Program-made: the position numbers and the translations under genes
Shown: positions 8,846 through 19,013 of the stretch, piece by piece
Layout: every line of letters starts with the position of its first letter
Numbering within the stretch: the stretch's first letter is position 1
The notes under the pieces: generated by a model
Told to the model about the DNA's origin: nothing
Databases searched by the model: none
The model's input: only the letters and a program-made list of their open reading frames with translations
Source of the DNA: a virus
Lineage: Duplodnaviria; Caudoviricetes
Reading direction: 5' to 3' (one strand)
IMG/VR virus record: IMGVR_UViG_3300037420_001231
Span: 1 to 63,968 of that record
DNA length: 63,968 nucleotides

Positions 8846-9315
8846 CCCGCTCCAAATCAAGCGAAGCCACCGCCCGCTTTGACGTGGCGTGGGCGCCGTA
8901 TCTCCGCCTCAAAGCCGCGCGCGAAGCGCTCGGGCTCAGCCTCTCCGAAATGGCCAAGCGGCTGCAACTCCGCGGCACGCAAGCCAAGGATGACCTCCGC
9001 AAGATGGAAGAGGGCGTCCGGCCGGTGACCGGCCCGGTGCTCGTGGCGGCGGAGTTGATGGCCGCTAACTCGTGGCTCCCGATTGAAACGGCGCCCAAGG
9101 ACGGCACGCCGCTGGACCTTTGGGTGGTGTTTGAGGACGGCGGCCGCCGGTGGGCGGATGCGCGTTGGTTGGAGGCCGGTCAACACAGTTGCCACGGTCC
9201 GGCCAATTGGTCCTCTCGGGACGGTTTCCCGCTCCACGGCTTCATGGACAAGACGGTGCACGCCACTCACTGGCGTCAGCGGCCGCTTGGTCCCAGCGGG
9301 GAGTTGCCGGTATGA
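8842..9315 (+). CDS. XRE-type HTH protein fused to a DUF551-like domain
   Basis: LKAAREALGLSLSEMA HTH; WLPIETAPKDGT...THW motif. Confidence 0.75.
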   Translation: MTRSKSSEATARFDVAWAPYLRLKAAREALGLSLSEMAKRLQLRGTQAKDDLRKMEEGVRPVTGPVLVAAELMAANSWLPIETAPKDGTPLDLWVVFEDGGRRWADARWLEAGQHSCHGPANWSSRDGFPLHGFMDKTVHATHWRQRPLGPSGELPV

Positions 9316-9695
9316 GCCCGTCGAAGCTTCGCAAGCTGGCGGCCTATGGAGAGGGGCGCGCGGCCTTTCATACCGCGGAGGTCCGTGACCCCACGCCCAA
9401 TCCTTACGCGGACACCCGCTTCTATGACAAGCGCGAGGCGTGGAGCCTTGGTTGGGAAGAGGAAAAGGCGGAATGGTCCCGCCCACCGGAGCCAATGTCA
9501 GTTGAGGAAGCACTCGCCATCACGGCGGACCAAGTGCGTGCCCGCCGGGAGAAAACCGGCGCCTCCATGCCCCGGTGCAAAGCTGAGGTGGAGAAGGAGG
9601 CGCTTGAGGCCGCCGTGGAACTCGTGACGGACATGGATGACGTGCGACTCATCCTCCGCAAGCTTGTGGAGCGGATTCATGTCCCCAACTATTGA
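9312..9695 (+). CDS. Hypothetical protein
   Basis: Coupled; AY.EG...NPY...AW..GW motif. Confidence 0.6.
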   Translation: MSPSKLRKLAAYGEGRAAFHTAEVRDPTPNPYADTRFYDKREAWSLGWEEEKAEWSRPPEPMSVEEALAITADQVRARREKTGASMPRCKAEVEKEALEAAVELVTDMDDVRLILRKLVERIHVPNY

Positions 9696-10053
9696 TTGGG
9701 TGCGCGCCCTAGCCGAGTGCGCTCACGTCATGCGCGAACTCCACGAGGTCCGGGAGGCGGGCTTCACTGAGGAAGCGCTCCGCTATCCCCGCGGCCTGTT
9801 TTCGCTCCGGCTCTTGTGCGCCTTCAACGGCGCTCCGGCCGGGTGGATGCCTCCCCGCGGCTGGCGCTACTACCCAAACCGGCGCGCCCTCAGCGCGTGG
9901 GCGGAGGTCATGGTGGTGGCGGAGGAAGGCGGCTCACCGCTGGACCTCGCGCGAGCCCATGCGCCGTGCATCGTTGGCTTCGCCAACGAACCGATGCGGA
10001 AGGCTTGGGAGCGCGTCCACGCGGCGGATTGGGAATGGAGGGAGGCTGCATGA
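9679..10053 (+). CDS. Hypothetical protein
   Basis: Overlapping ORF in operon. Confidence 0.55.
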   Translation: MSPTIDWVRALAECAHVMRELHEVREAGFTEEALRYPRGLFSLRLLCAFNGAPAGWMPPRGWRYYPNRRALSAWAEVMVVAEEGGSPLDLARAHAPCIVGFANEPMRKAWERVHAADWEWREAA

Positions 10054-10292
10054 AAGCCAAGGACCAAATCCGCCCGGGCGATGCCGTGGAGATTGAACTC
10101 GTGCGCTCCCCGCCGCCGCTCCTGTCTTACGTCCCCACGGCCGAAGAGGTTGCGGCGGCCGGGCCGACTCCCATTTGGGAGTGGGTGTCCGCTACTGTTG
10201 TCCATGCGGACCGCGAGCAAATTGCTGTCGCGTTTTCGGATGGCGAGCGGTTTGCGCTTCCGCGCCACTCCCGGCACTGGCGCCCGGCCTAA
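10050..10292 (+). CDS. Hypothetical protein
   Basis: RBS GGAGG, ATGA coupling. Confidence 0.55.
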   Translation: MKAKDQIRPGDAVEIELVRSPPPLLSYVPTAEEVAAAGPTPIWEWVSATVVHADREQIAVAFSDGERFALPRHSRHWRPA

Positions 10293-12676
10293 CCCGCCTC
10301 CGCCTCATCCTCAAACACATCGCGGATGAAGAGCCGCTGGGTAGGCTTGCCGCCCTTCGGCCCGGAGCCGAGCGCTTTGAACACCACGCCGGAGTCCTCC
10401 AAGTCCTTCATGATTGGGATGCGGACACGTTGCTCCATCTTCCGGCTCACCCGCCGCAACAGTTCCTTCTCCGTGATGCCGTAGGGCATCGCTTCCGTGA
10501 TGTGCTGGCGAATGGTGTTGTGGTGCCGCTCATATTCGCTGTCCGCCACCTTGCCGTTGAGTGCGGCGATGAGCGATTCGGCGGACCGGCGGGCGATGCC
10601 CTCCGCCCACACAAGCGAGTCGATGGTGATGACCGGCGCCGCCGGTCCGCATCCCACCGCATAGAGAAGGCTTAGCTTGGCGACGTGCTCCGCCGTGCGG
10701 GTGAGGATGAAGGCGGTGATGTGGTCGCGCATGTCGCGCGCTTCGTCCACCTCCGCGTCCAACCGGACGGCCAGCGCGTCAAAATGCGCTTCCGCGCCCG
10801 GTCCCCACTCCGCCACCTTCGGCTTGACCCCGGCCGCGCGCGAGAGGTTGCCGCGTTCGGCCGCATCCAAGATGGCGTGGATGCCGCGGCGGAGTTCTTC
10901 CGGCGGCTCCTTGAGGCTTGCCGTGGGCTTGCGCCGCTTCGGCCGCTTGGTCCCGCCGTCAAACACGAGCCACCGCGGGAGGAAGCCGTCCGCGGCCGCG
11001 CCGCTCGTGACGTTGCCCCACAAGTCCTCCGGCGTGCTCACGCCGTAAATGCAGAGGTTCGGGTTGATGATTGGGATGGCCTTCTCCGCGGCCGCTTCGG
11101 CGCCGCGGTAGATGTCGGCCGCCTTGGAAAACAGCTTGAGGATGAGCCCGCTGATGCCCTTCTCGTGCGTGCTCGCCTTGGGCGAGTTGACCTTGGCCAT
11201 GAAGCGCCCGAGTTCATCCCAAAGGCAGCAAACGGACGGCTCGGCTTCCAACACCTTGCGCAGCGCCGACTCGCTCTTCACCTCTTCCGGGCCAAGGAAC
11301 TTGGTGACGTTGGACGCCACCGCCAGCTTCTCCACCGCCTTTAGCGGGTGGTTCTTGCCGAAGCCGGTGGGCGCCACGCCGATGCAAAGGAAGTTGGTGC
11401 GCGCCTCGCGCGAAGGGTGCTCGAAATTGCGCCCGGCAATGGCCCCGAGGAAGGCGATTGCCGCGCCAAGGTTGAGCGGCGTTGACGGCGCATCGCTTGA
11501 GGCGTTCATCCACTCCACGAGCGCGCCCAACAGCCCGGGCGGCACATCCATGACGGTTGCGGGCGGGGCGCTCTTGACCGGCGCCGGGGGCTCCGCAACC
11601 CGCTCACCGTCGCTCGTGGCTAGCCGGAGGAAAGCGAGGTTGTTGGGGCCGCTCGTGCGCTCAATCCGCGGCTCTTCGCGTTCGCACGAGGGGAGCGGGT
11701 CCTTGTTGCTCGTGGCGAGGATGACCGCCTTGCCCGGCGCCACGCGCTCTTGGAGCCACCGGAAGGCCACCTCCAAGTCGGCGCCGCACGCGGCCATGAT
11801 GAGGTCCAAGGGCGTATAGCCCTTGTTATCGCCGCAATCCTTGATTCCGTCATAGCGGATGGTGAGGTTGGTGGCCCGCTTCGATTCCGGCCGCCCCGAA
11901 CTGGACGGCCGCCACGTCGCCACCGCCTTATAGGCGGCACCCACCTTGCGGCACTTGGTCAGCTTGAGTTCCGGGACCCACGCATCAAGGTTGGCGAGCG
12001 CCGCATCGTTGAGCGCCCGGTGGACCTTCTCGCCTTGGAGGTCCGCGTCCCCGCGCTCGCCCAGCTTGGGCGGCGCCTGATAGCCGAACGGTTCAAGCGC
12101 CTTGCCCATTTGCTCCACGATGTCATCCGGGAGCATCGGGAGGTCCGCAACGTCGAAGAACTCAAGCGTGTCCGGGGTGAGCCACACATAGGGCTCGCCG
12201 GTGGTTGGGTGGATGGTGGGCGGCATGACCGTTTGGCGGCCGTGCGCCAAGAGGTCCAGCATACGCCGCTTGTTGCCGTCATTGAACGCCGCGTTGATGA
12301 CGCACGGGTTGGCGAGATAGAATTGCGTTTCGCCCTTGGCGCCGCGCTTGATGACCGGCGAGCCGGGGAGGACTGACTTGATGGCCGCAACCTCTTCCGG
12401 CGCGTCCGTGTCAATGTCCACCGCCACGAGAATCTTGCCCGCCGGAGCCGACGCCGAGCCCAGCGCGAGGCAAATGCCAGCGTCCGGCCACCGCTCCCAA
12501 ATCTCCGACTCGAAGTGGGTGGAGAGGCGCGAGCAATACTTCTGCCAATCGTGCGCCGTGCGCCAGCCGTCCGCGGCCGTATAACGCCCCGGGAACTTCG
12601 TGCCCGGCCCGCACGGAATGACGCTCAGCCCTTGCTCGCGGTAAGTGGAGGCGGAGTCGGAAAACGGGGATGACAT
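10289..12676 (-). CDS. Bifunctional primase-polymerase with C-terminal P-loop helicase-like domain (DUF3987-like)
   Basis: N-terminal Prim-Pol (VIPC, AVDID, QTVMPPTIHP.TG.PY.W); Walker A VAPTGFGK; WDE; DGFL.R. Confidence 0.85.
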   Translation of the reverse strand: MSSPFSDSASTYREQGLSVIPCGPGTKFPGRYTAADGWRTAHDWQKYCSRLSTHFESEIWERWPDAGICLALGSASAPAGKILVAVDIDTDAPEEVAAIKSVLPGSPVIKRGAKGETQFYLANPCVINAAFNDGNKRRMLDLLAHGRQTVMPPTIHPTTGEPYVWLTPDTLEFFDVADLPMLPDDIVEQMGKALEPFGYQAPPKLGERGDADLQGEKVHRALNDAALANLDAWVPELKLTKCRKVGAAYKAVATWRPSSSGRPESKRATNLTIRYDGIKDCGDNKGYTPLDLIMAACGADLEVAFRWLQERVAPGKAVILATSNKDPLPSCEREEPRIERTSGPNNLAFLRLATSDGERVAEPPAPVKSAPPATVMDVPPGLLGALVEWMNASSDAPSTPLNLGAAIAFLGAIAGRNFEHPSREARTNFLCIGVAPTGFGKNHPLKAVEKLAVASNVTKFLGPEEVKSESALRKVLEAEPSVCCLWDELGRFMAKVNSPKASTHEKGISGLILKLFSKAADIYRGAEAAAEKAIPIINPNLCIYGVSTPEDLWGNVTSGAAADGFLPRWLVFDGGTKRPKRRKPTASLKEPPEELRRGIHAILDAAERGNLSRAAGVKPKVAEWGPGAEAHFDALAVRLDAEVDEARDMRDHITAFILTRTAEHVAKLSLLYAVGCGPAAPVITIDSLVWAEGIARRSAESLIAALNGKVADSEYERHHNTIRQHITEAMPYGITEKELLRRVSRKMEQRVRIPIMKDLEDSGVVFKALGSGPKGGKPTQRLFIRDVFEDEAEAG

Positions 12677-12732
12677 GGGGGCGGTGGACCTAACGCAAAA
12701 TGGGTGGACGTGCGGGGTTGGTGCGGTGGCCC

Positions 12733-13095
12733 CTAGAAGGGTGGGTTGGTGCGCGCGGCCTCGCGCATCGCGTCACTGTAGCCGTGGAGGAAGCACCCAA
12801 GGAACTTGTGCCATTGCTCGGGCGTGAGGTCCGCAAGGTCCGTCTTGCCGATTTGGTCAAGGTAGGCACCGGCCGCCTCGCCTCCGGCGGTGATGCACTC
12901 TTCCTCCGTGTCCGTGAACTCCAACATGACCTCTCCTGCTAATGAGTGCGGCGCGCACAAGAGGCACACCGGCTTGAGTTTGAACGCGAGGCCGGAGAAG
13001 GCTTCGCGCTTGCAAATGAAACATGGGCCGCGGACCGCATTGATGAGGTCAATGCGCGTCACCGCGCGCGTGGGCTCAGAAGGGGACATCATCAT
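12733..13095 (-). CDS. DUF6511-like Zn-finger protein
   Basis: CxxC...CxxC followed by AGAYLDQIGKTDLA.L..EQW. Confidence 0.6.
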   Translation of the reverse strand: MMMSPSEPTRAVTRIDLINAVRGPCFICKREAFSGLAFKLKPVCLLCAPHSLAGEVMLEFTDTEEECITAGGEAAGAYLDQIGKTDLADLTPEQWHKFLGCFLHGYSDAMREAARTNPPF

Positions 13096-14866
13096 CCAAA
13101 TCCGTGTCGAAGGGGTGGAGGCTCGTGCCGCACCGGGAGCCGCCGCCGTAACTCGCCGCGAAGGCGTCCGCGTGCGTCACTTCATCATCGTTGCCAGTGC
13201 CCGCGGGGGCGCCGAACTGGCGGCCGGTGATGCGCCAGTGCCGCCCTTCGGGCTCAATGCGGATGCTGGACACCGGCCTCAGTTCACCGGCGCGGCGGAG
13301 CGCTTCGGAGGTGGTGTCCGGGACCGGCATGAGCCCGCCGTGTTGCTTCCACCACCGCTCAGCGATGAACCGGGCGCGTTCGGCTTCAAACGGCACCCAC
13401 TCCTTGAACGTGGCGCCGACGCCGGTGAGGTTGCCGCCCACGTCCGTCAAATAGTCCACGCGCATGGACGGCTTGCCGCCGAACTTCTCGTGGCGCGAGA
13501 AGCGGCGCCGGGCCACCTCCCGCCACGTCGCCTCGCCCTTGGAGAGGATTGGCCCGATGGACGCGGACTTGGTGATTTTGTCGGAAAGCTGGCGCTCCCA
13601 CTCGTGGCCGCAATCCGGGCACGTCATGACGGAGGCGTGCACGAGCGAAAAGCACTTTGGGCACGCCTTCACCGGCGCATCGCCGCCGCCCTTTCCGGGT
13701 GTGCGCGGCTTCACCATGTCCACCGGCCCGTGACGCCGCACGAGCCCGCCGAAGTCTAGGAAGAGGCAGTCGGGGCACGGACCGGCGCCGATGGCCGCAA
13801 TGCGGCCGTCGCGCGTGCTGAGGTCATGGCCCGGCGCATAGACCGGCCGCGTGCCGCGCCCGGCAATCTGGACATAGAGGCCGGTGGACTCCGTGGGCCG
13901 CGCGGCCGCGATGAGGTCCACGCCCGGGTGGTTGAAGCCGGTGGTGAGCACGCCGCAATTGACCACCGCCCGAATCTGATAGGACTTGAATCCCTCAATG
14001 ATGCGGCGGCGCTCGTGGTTGGGCGTGTTGCCGTCCACCATTTCCGCCGAATACCCGCGGCGCCGGATTTCATCGCGGAGGTGTTCCGCGTGCTCCACGC
14101 CAGCCGCGAACACGAGCCACGAGCGGCGGTTGTGGCCGAAGCGCACGATGTCATCCACGATGCCGCGGTTGAGGTCCGCCTTGTCCACCGCCTCTTGGAG
14201 CGCACCGGCCACGAACTCGCCGCCGCGCTTGGCCACGCCGGTGGTGTCGAGCGCGGTTGCCGTGGCCTTGGAAATCAGCGGCTTCAAATAACCGTCATCA
14301 ATCGCCTCGCGGAGCCCATACTCAAAGGCGATGGCGTCAAACATCGCGTCATCGCCTTCGTCCAACCGGCCGGAGTCGAGCCGGTAGGGGGTGGCGGTGA
14401 GCCCCATGAGGCGCATGTCCGGGTTGGCCTCGCGGAGCGCCGTGATAAAGTTGCCATACATCGTGCCCGATTTGCGCGGGATGAGGTGCGCTTCGTCCAC
14501 CATGAGAAGGTCCACCGGCCCCAAGCGATGGACCCGCTTGTGGATGGATTGGATGCCCGCGAAGAGGATTTGCGCGCGGAGGTCGCGCATGCCGAGCCCG
14601 GCCGAATAGATGCCCGCCGGAGCCCACGGCCACATGCCCTTGAGTTCGTCAAAGTTCTGCTGGACCAACTCCGCAACGTGCGTCACGTTGAGGATGCGCA
14701 TGTCCCGATAGTCCGTGATGAGTTCGCGCTTGAGCGTGGCCGCCACGCCGGACTTGCCGGTGCCGGTGGGGAGCACCACGAGCGGGTTGCCGCCTTCCTC
14801 GCGCCAATAGTCATAGACGCCATCAATCGCCGCGCGCTGATAGGGCCGAAGGGTCCAGCCGCTCAC
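13076..14866 (-). CDS. Superfamily II DEAH helicase (RadD/YejH-like)
   Basis: LRPYQ, PTGTGKS, DEAH, TATP, LTTGF, Q..GRG.R, C-terminal Zn ribbon. Confidence 0.92.
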   Translation of the reverse strand: MSGWTLRPYQRAAIDGVYDYWREEGGNPLVVLPTGTGKSGVAATLKRELITDYRDMRILNVTHVAELVQQNFDELKGMWPWAPAGIYSAGLGMRDLRAQILFAGIQSIHKRVHRLGPVDLLMVDEAHLIPRKSGTMYGNFITALREANPDMRLMGLTATPYRLDSGRLDEGDDAMFDAIAFEYGLREAIDDGYLKPLISKATATALDTTGVAKRGGEFVAGALQEAVDKADLNRGIVDDIVRFGHNRRSWLVFAAGVEHAEHLRDEIRRRGYSAEMVDGNTPNHERRRIIEGFKSYQIRAVVNCGVLTTGFNHPGVDLIAAARPTESTGLYVQIAGRGTRPVYAPGHDLSTRDGRIAAIGAGPCPDCLFLDFGGLVRRHGPVDMVKPRTPGKGGGDAPVKACPKCFSLVHASVMTCPDCGHEWERQLSDKITKSASIGPILSKGEATWREVARRRFSRHEKFGGKPSMRVDYLTDVGGNLTGVGATFKEWVPFEAERARFIAERWWKQHGGLMPVPDTTSEALRRAGELRPVSSIRIEPEGRHWRITGRQFGAPAGTGNDDEVTHADAFAASYGGGSRCGTSLHPFDTDLDDDVPF

Positions 14867-15126
14867 CGCCCGGTCCCCTCATAGAGTTCGCGCCTGTTGA
14901 CGGCGCGGGAGTTGCCGTTGAGTCCGGCGGCCGTGGTCATGTGCCACGCCCCGCAATGCGAGCACTGATAAACCCACATCCGCTTGGGCGTGTTGCGCCA
15001 CTGGCGGGTGTCGTTGATGACCGCTTGCGCGTTGATGCGCGCGTTGAGTTCCGTGGTGTAAGGCTGTTTGCGCGCGCAATTGCGCGCGTCCAGCGTGCCC
15101 GCCAGCGGCTCCGGGATGGCGGCCAT
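14863..15126 (-). CDS. Hypothetical Zn-binding protein
   Basis: C..K..Y...Y.C..CG.WH.T motif. Confidence 0.6.
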   Translation of the reverse strand: MAAIPEPLAGTLDARNCARKQPYTTELNARINAQAVINDTRQWRNTPKRMWVYQCSHCGAWHMTTAAGLNGNSRAVNRRELYEGTGR

Positions 15127-15344
15127 TATTGACCCCCCTTGAGCGTGCGGACGGCGCGGCGCACGTCCGCGCGTTGGTTGGCGGCCGCACGGCAACATGA
15201 AGCCGAGCGGGACACGGTGATGAATTGCGAGCGGCCGCGAATGGTGAGCCGGGCCACATCGTGGCTCCCGCGCTCTTCCCACGCGAGCGTCACGCCCGGA
15301 TGCCGCGCCACCTCGCGCTCCACGGCTTCGCGGTGGCGCCTCAT
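15126..15344 (-). CDS. Small HicA-like fold protein
   Basis: 72 aa, basic, RGSH motif, S.S..RA..N.RAD.RR tail. Confidence 0.45.
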   Translation of the reverse strand: MRRHREAVEREVARHPGVTLAWEERGSHDVARLTIRGRSQFITVSRSASCCRAAANQRADVRRAVRTLKGGQ

Positions 15345-15898
15345 GCGAAGAGGCCCGCTTGGTTGGGGTTGGCGAGCACCGCGTTGCGGAGGCGAAGCAC
15401 GGGCTCCCGGCCATGGACCGGAGCCGTGAAGTGATGCCACGCGGCATTGTCCTTGCCGGTGCTGTCCGAGTCCGGCTCCCACTTGACCCGGCCCACGGAC
15501 ACAACCTTGGCGAGCATCGCCTCAAACGGCGCCGCTTGGACGGTGTGGACCCAATCGGCGTCAAACAGGAGCCACGCCTCGCCTTGCGTGGCGAGGTGGC
15601 GGATTAGCGGGTGAAGAAAAGCGCGGTCCCACGGCGGGTTGGTGATGAAGAGCCCGCCGGTGATGCGGACCTCCATGGCGTCCTTGCGCTCAATGCCCGG
15701 CCCCATCGGCTCAATGTCGAAGGCGGCCGTGCAAACGTGGCCGTGGGCCTCAAGGTGGCGGATGAGCGCGCCGTCCCCGGCGCACGGCTCAATGAAGGCG
15801 GTGCCCGGCGCGAGGTGCGGGAGAAGCGGGAGGACCGCCTCCAACGGCGTCGGATAGAAGTCGCGCTCTTTGCGCTCAAAGTTGGACCGCTTACCCAT
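15341..15898 (-). CDS. DNA amino-methyltransferase
   Basis: DFYPTP, EPCAGDG (SAM binding), ITNPPW catalytic motif. Confidence 0.85.
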   Translation of the reverse strand: MGKRSNFERKERDFYPTPLEAVLPLLPHLAPGTAFIEPCAGDGALIRHLEAHGHVCTAAFDIEPMGPGIERKDAMEVRITGGLFITNPPWDRAFLHPLIRHLATQGEAWLLFDADWVHTVQAAPFEAMLAKVVSVGRVKWEPDSDSTGKDNAAWHHFTAPVHGREPVLRLRNAVLANPNQAGLFA

Positions 15899-16892
15899 CG
15901 GCGGCTTCCTCCGCCTCCGGGTTGACTTCGGGCGCGGCCGCGAGGTCGCGGCCGTCCACCCACATCCGGCCGTCCGCCAGCCGATAGGTTACGGTTTCGG
16001 CTTCCTCATCGGCGTCCAGTTGCTCGCCGGGCACGAGGTCCGGGAGGTAGAGGTGCGCCGGGCACGCTTCCTTTTGCTCTTCAAGCGTGAGCGGCTTGAC
16101 CCACCGGGCGCACGTCCATGCGGCGTCACCGGAGAAGTCAGGCGTGGAGTGGAGGCACGTCCGGCAATTCAGCCGCGCGAAGCTTTGCCCGTGGCAAAGC
16201 GGCTTGGCCCGGCAAAAGCGGCATCCGAAGAAGGCCGGGTCATTGCTGATGCGGAGCGGCGCCGTGGGCGAGCGGAGGATGTTCTCAAGCCGCGCGAGCG
16301 TCTTGGCGCACCACGCGGCGTCATACTCCACGCGGTCAAACCAAAGGTCATCATTGTCCTTGCAAACGGCGGCATAGAGCGCCCGCTCAATGCCCCGAAT
16401 GTGCATGTAGATTTGGCACTGGACCCAATGTTCAAACTTGGCCTTGCGGAGGCCGCCGGGTCCGGCCGCGCGGAGCGCCTTGAAGGACTTGAGGTTGTGC
16501 GATTTGCACTCAAGGACGTGCCACTTGTCGGGCGCCTCCGGCACCCCGCGGCAAATGCCGTCCAGCTTGCCGCGGATGTGTCCGGCGAGCGCTCGCGCCT
16601 TGAATTGGTCGCCGGTGTCAGGGTCCACGTCATGGACCTCAAGCCCGGCCATGCGGAGGTCATTGATGATGCGCTCTTCTTCACGGTGGCCCGTTTGGAA
16701 GAGGCGGAGCATGCGCCCGAGGAAGGCTTCCTTCGCGGGAGCCCAGCGCACCCAATACCACAAGGCCCGGTCGCACTCTTCGCCAAGCATGGAGGGGGAG
16801 AAGCCGAGCCCATCCCAATCCTCGTTGCGGTCCACATAGGCGGCCCACACGAGGTCCGGGATTTTGGACGGCGGCTTGGGTAGTGCGGGCAT
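15891..16892 (-). CDS. Cas4-like PD-(D/E)XK exonuclease
   Basis: S.LG.EC.R, GH..E, G.LDG, LECKS, Q.Q.YM, C..C......C cluster. Confidence 0.85.
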   Translation of the reverse strand: MPALPKPPSKIPDLVWAAYVDRNEDWDGLGFSPSMLGEECDRALWYWVRWAPAKEAFLGRMLRLFQTGHREEERIINDLRMAGLEVHDVDPDTGDQFKARALAGHIRGKLDGICRGVPEAPDKWHVLECKSHNLKSFKALRAAGPGGLRKAKFEHWVQCQIYMHIRGIERALYAAVCKDNDDLWFDRVEYDAAWCAKTLARLENILRSPTAPLRISNDPAFFGCRFCRAKPLCHGQSFARLNCRTCLHSTPDFSGDAAWTCARWVKPLTLEEQKEACPAHLYLPDLVPGEQLDADEEAETVTYRLADGRMWVDGRDLAAAPEVNPEAEEAADG

Positions 16893-17000
16893 AACTCTCC
16901 CGTGAGCGCCGGAGCGCGCGCGAAAATCGTTGGCGGTGGAGGTGAGCCCGGGACCGGGGGCGTGGCCCCGGGCTCAGCGTCAAAGGGTCAAGTCAGGGGG

Positions 17001-17552
17001 TCACTTTTCCCAAGGACGCTTCTTCTTCGCGGAGTCCGCGTTGGTGTTGGCGGGAGGCGGTGCGCTGGGCTGGCCCTTCTCCGGCGGCGGAGCGGACGGC
17101 GGGGTTTCCTCGCCTTCCGGCATGCCTTCATAGAGGAACCGGCCGATGACGTTCTTGGTGCGGTTCTCGTTGTGCTTCTTGGAGAAGTAGGTTTCCGAAC
17201 GGACCTCAGCCCAAAACGGCTTGAAGTGGAGTTGTTCGGATTCCGTGAGCGTGGTGAAGTCCACGCCGCACGCCTCGCTCAGCGCCTTGAGGCGGCCTTG
17301 CGCGATGGCCTGAGCCTGTGACGACTCATGCTGGATGGAACTGATGCCGTCGAAGAAGGTGACGCCCTTGTGCTCACCGCTCACCACTTGGACCTTGAAA
17401 TCCAAGTTTTGGCCGGTGGCTTTGGAGTTGGCCTTCACATCGGATTCGATGATTTCCAACTCGTAATTGTCGTCCGCGAGGATGGTGAAACCCCCGCCTC
17501 CGGTGCTGTTGTTGACTTCAACATTGGTGTCGAGCGCGCCGAGTGCGGCCAT
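17001..17552 (-). CDS. DUF669-type single-stranded DNA-binding protein
   Basis: OB-like core, Pro/Ala-rich tail ending RPW; follows Sak4-like ATPase. Confidence 0.7.
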   Translation of the reverse strand: MAALGALDTNVEVNNSTGGGGFTILADDNYELEIIESDVKANSKATGQNLDFKVQVVSGEHKGVTFFDGISSIQHESSQAQAIAQGRLKALSEACGVDFTTLTESEQLHFKPFWAEVRSETYFSKKHNENRTKNVIGRFLYEGMPEGEETPPSAPPPEKGQPSAPPPANTNADSAKKKRPWEK

Positions 17553-17600
17553 GGTGTGCGTTTCCTTTCCGTTTAACGCTGGGGGAGAGTGGTGCCGGGC

Positions 17601-17762
17601 TCAGCCAAAGAAGCCGCCCGCATAGAGAAGTCCGATTTCGATGGCGGCCGACAGAAGCGCCACGGGGAAGCTAAAGCGCCCCCGGTCCTCCCCGTGCTTG
17701 GCCAGTGAAATTGCGAGGCCCGCGGAGGTGAGCGCGATGACCGCGATTTGAGGCCAGCCCAT
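17601..17762 (-). CDS. Small membrane protein
   Basis: WPQI...KHG...LLY.GGFF, two TM segments. Confidence 0.65.
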   Translation of the reverse strand: MGWPQIAVIALTSAGLAISLAKHGEDRGRFSFPVALLSAAIEIGLLYAGGFFG

Positions 17763-18223
17763 CACGCGGCCACCCGCCGGACGGCTTTCCGGGCCTCGCG
17801 CCGCACCCAATCCGGGCTGCGGTTGATGCCGTTGCGGTCCAAGATGCTCACGATGTCCTTGACGGCCGCCACATAGGCTTTGCGCCGGGCATCCTTGAGG
17901 AACGGGTTGGACCGCGGAGGCAGCTTGCTCGCCTTGCGGCGGGCTAGCGCGATGCGGCCCTCTTCCATGGCGCGCATGCGCGCCCGGGCGCCGCGGCGGC
18001 CCTTGCTGGCGATGCCGAAGAAGGGGTCATCCCGCTCGCCAATCTCGCGTCCGCGCTTCGTCTTGACCGGGACCCGCTTGCCGCCCGGACCTTGGACGTG
18101 CACCCGCGGTCCGGTTTCAATGATGATTGGCCCGAGCGGCGCCTTGCCGAGCGCGTTGGCGAAGGCCGCGCTGCTGAACGCCATGGCGGCGCCAGCGAGC
18201 GCGAGGGAGCGAAGCGCCCTCAC
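17762..18223 (-). CDS. Hypothetical basic protein
   Basis: Coupled at both ends. Confidence 0.55.
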   Translation of the reverse strand: MRALRSLALAGAAMAFSSAAFANALGKAPLGPIIIETGPRVHVQGPGGKRVPVKTKRGREIGERDDPFFGIASKGRRGARARMRAMEEGRIALARRKASKLPPRSNPFLKDARRKAYVAAVKDIVSILDRNGINRSPDWVRREARKAVRRVAA

Positions 18224-19002
18224 TTCGCCACCTCCGGGAGATACTTGGAAAGTTCCTTGTATCCCTTGCCGCGCTGATAGTTGATGGACTCGGGCATGTC
18301 ATAGCGGTTCTTGGCGACGAAGCCCGGCCGCTCTTCCAAGTAGATGATGCGCGAGCCCGAGCCCTCCGCCTTCTTCTCATCCTTTCCGAACGCACCCTTT
18401 TCTTTGACGATGGACACGCGGTGGGTGAGGAAGGCGATGATGTCCGCGCCCTCGCGGATGAGTTCGGAGGCGCGCTTGTGGAGGTTCGGGAAATAGCGGT
18501 TGAACGAGCCAACCGCCGGGTCATCGAACTTCTGGATTTCCGTGTGCCCGATGAGCACCACGGCCATGCCCTTGCCGCCTTCGGCAACGGGCTTGTTGAG
18601 TTCGCGGAGCGGCGCAAGGAACTCTTCCCACACCGAGTCCGCCTCAATGTAGCCCTTGCCGTAACCGGGCTCTTCAATGCTGGCCCAGCTATTGCGCTTG
18701 CACGTTTCGGCGTGGACGATGCGCTCAATGCCGTCCACCGCGGAAATGCCGAGCGTTCCGAACGCATGTTCCTCAGTGAAGAGGGCGGCGAAGCACTCCA
18801 TGAGCGTGTCGAAGTCCTCAACCGTCCCGAAGGAGTCGATGGACACGCCGGTGGGCGGGTTTTCGCCGGGGGTTTGGATGAGGACCGGGCTTGGGAACTC
18901 CGCGAAGAGCGTGTCCTTGCCAACACCTTCCGGCCCGTAAAGAAGCACGAGCGGGTGGGGCTTGGCGCTGGTTTTCTTCAATGATGCGAGACTGATGGCC
19001 AC
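18220..19002 (-). CDS. Sak4-like AAA_24 ATPase recombinase
   Basis: LLYGPEGVGK, GYGKGY, LIGH, AKNRY motifs; RBS AGGAG. Confidence 0.85.
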   Translation of the reverse strand: MAISLASLKKTSAKPHPLVLLYGPEGVGKDTLFAEFPSPVLIQTPGENPPTGVSIDSFGTVEDFDTLMECFAALFTEEHAFGTLGISAVDGIERIVHAETCKRNSWASIEEPGYGKGYIEADSVWEEFLAPLRELNKPVAEGGKGMAVVLIGHTEIQKFDDPAVGSFNRYFPNLHKRASELIREGADIIAFLTHRVSIVKEKGAFGKDEKKAEGSGSRIIYLEERPGFVAKNRYDMPESINYQRGKGYKELSKYLPEVAK

Positions 19003-19013
19003 GCACGTTTCTC

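Noticed and set aside
15891-16892. CRISPR-Cas system suggested by the Cas4-like nuclease
   Set aside because: No repeat-spacer array or other cas genes seen; its context with Sak4 and SSB is a standard phage recombination module
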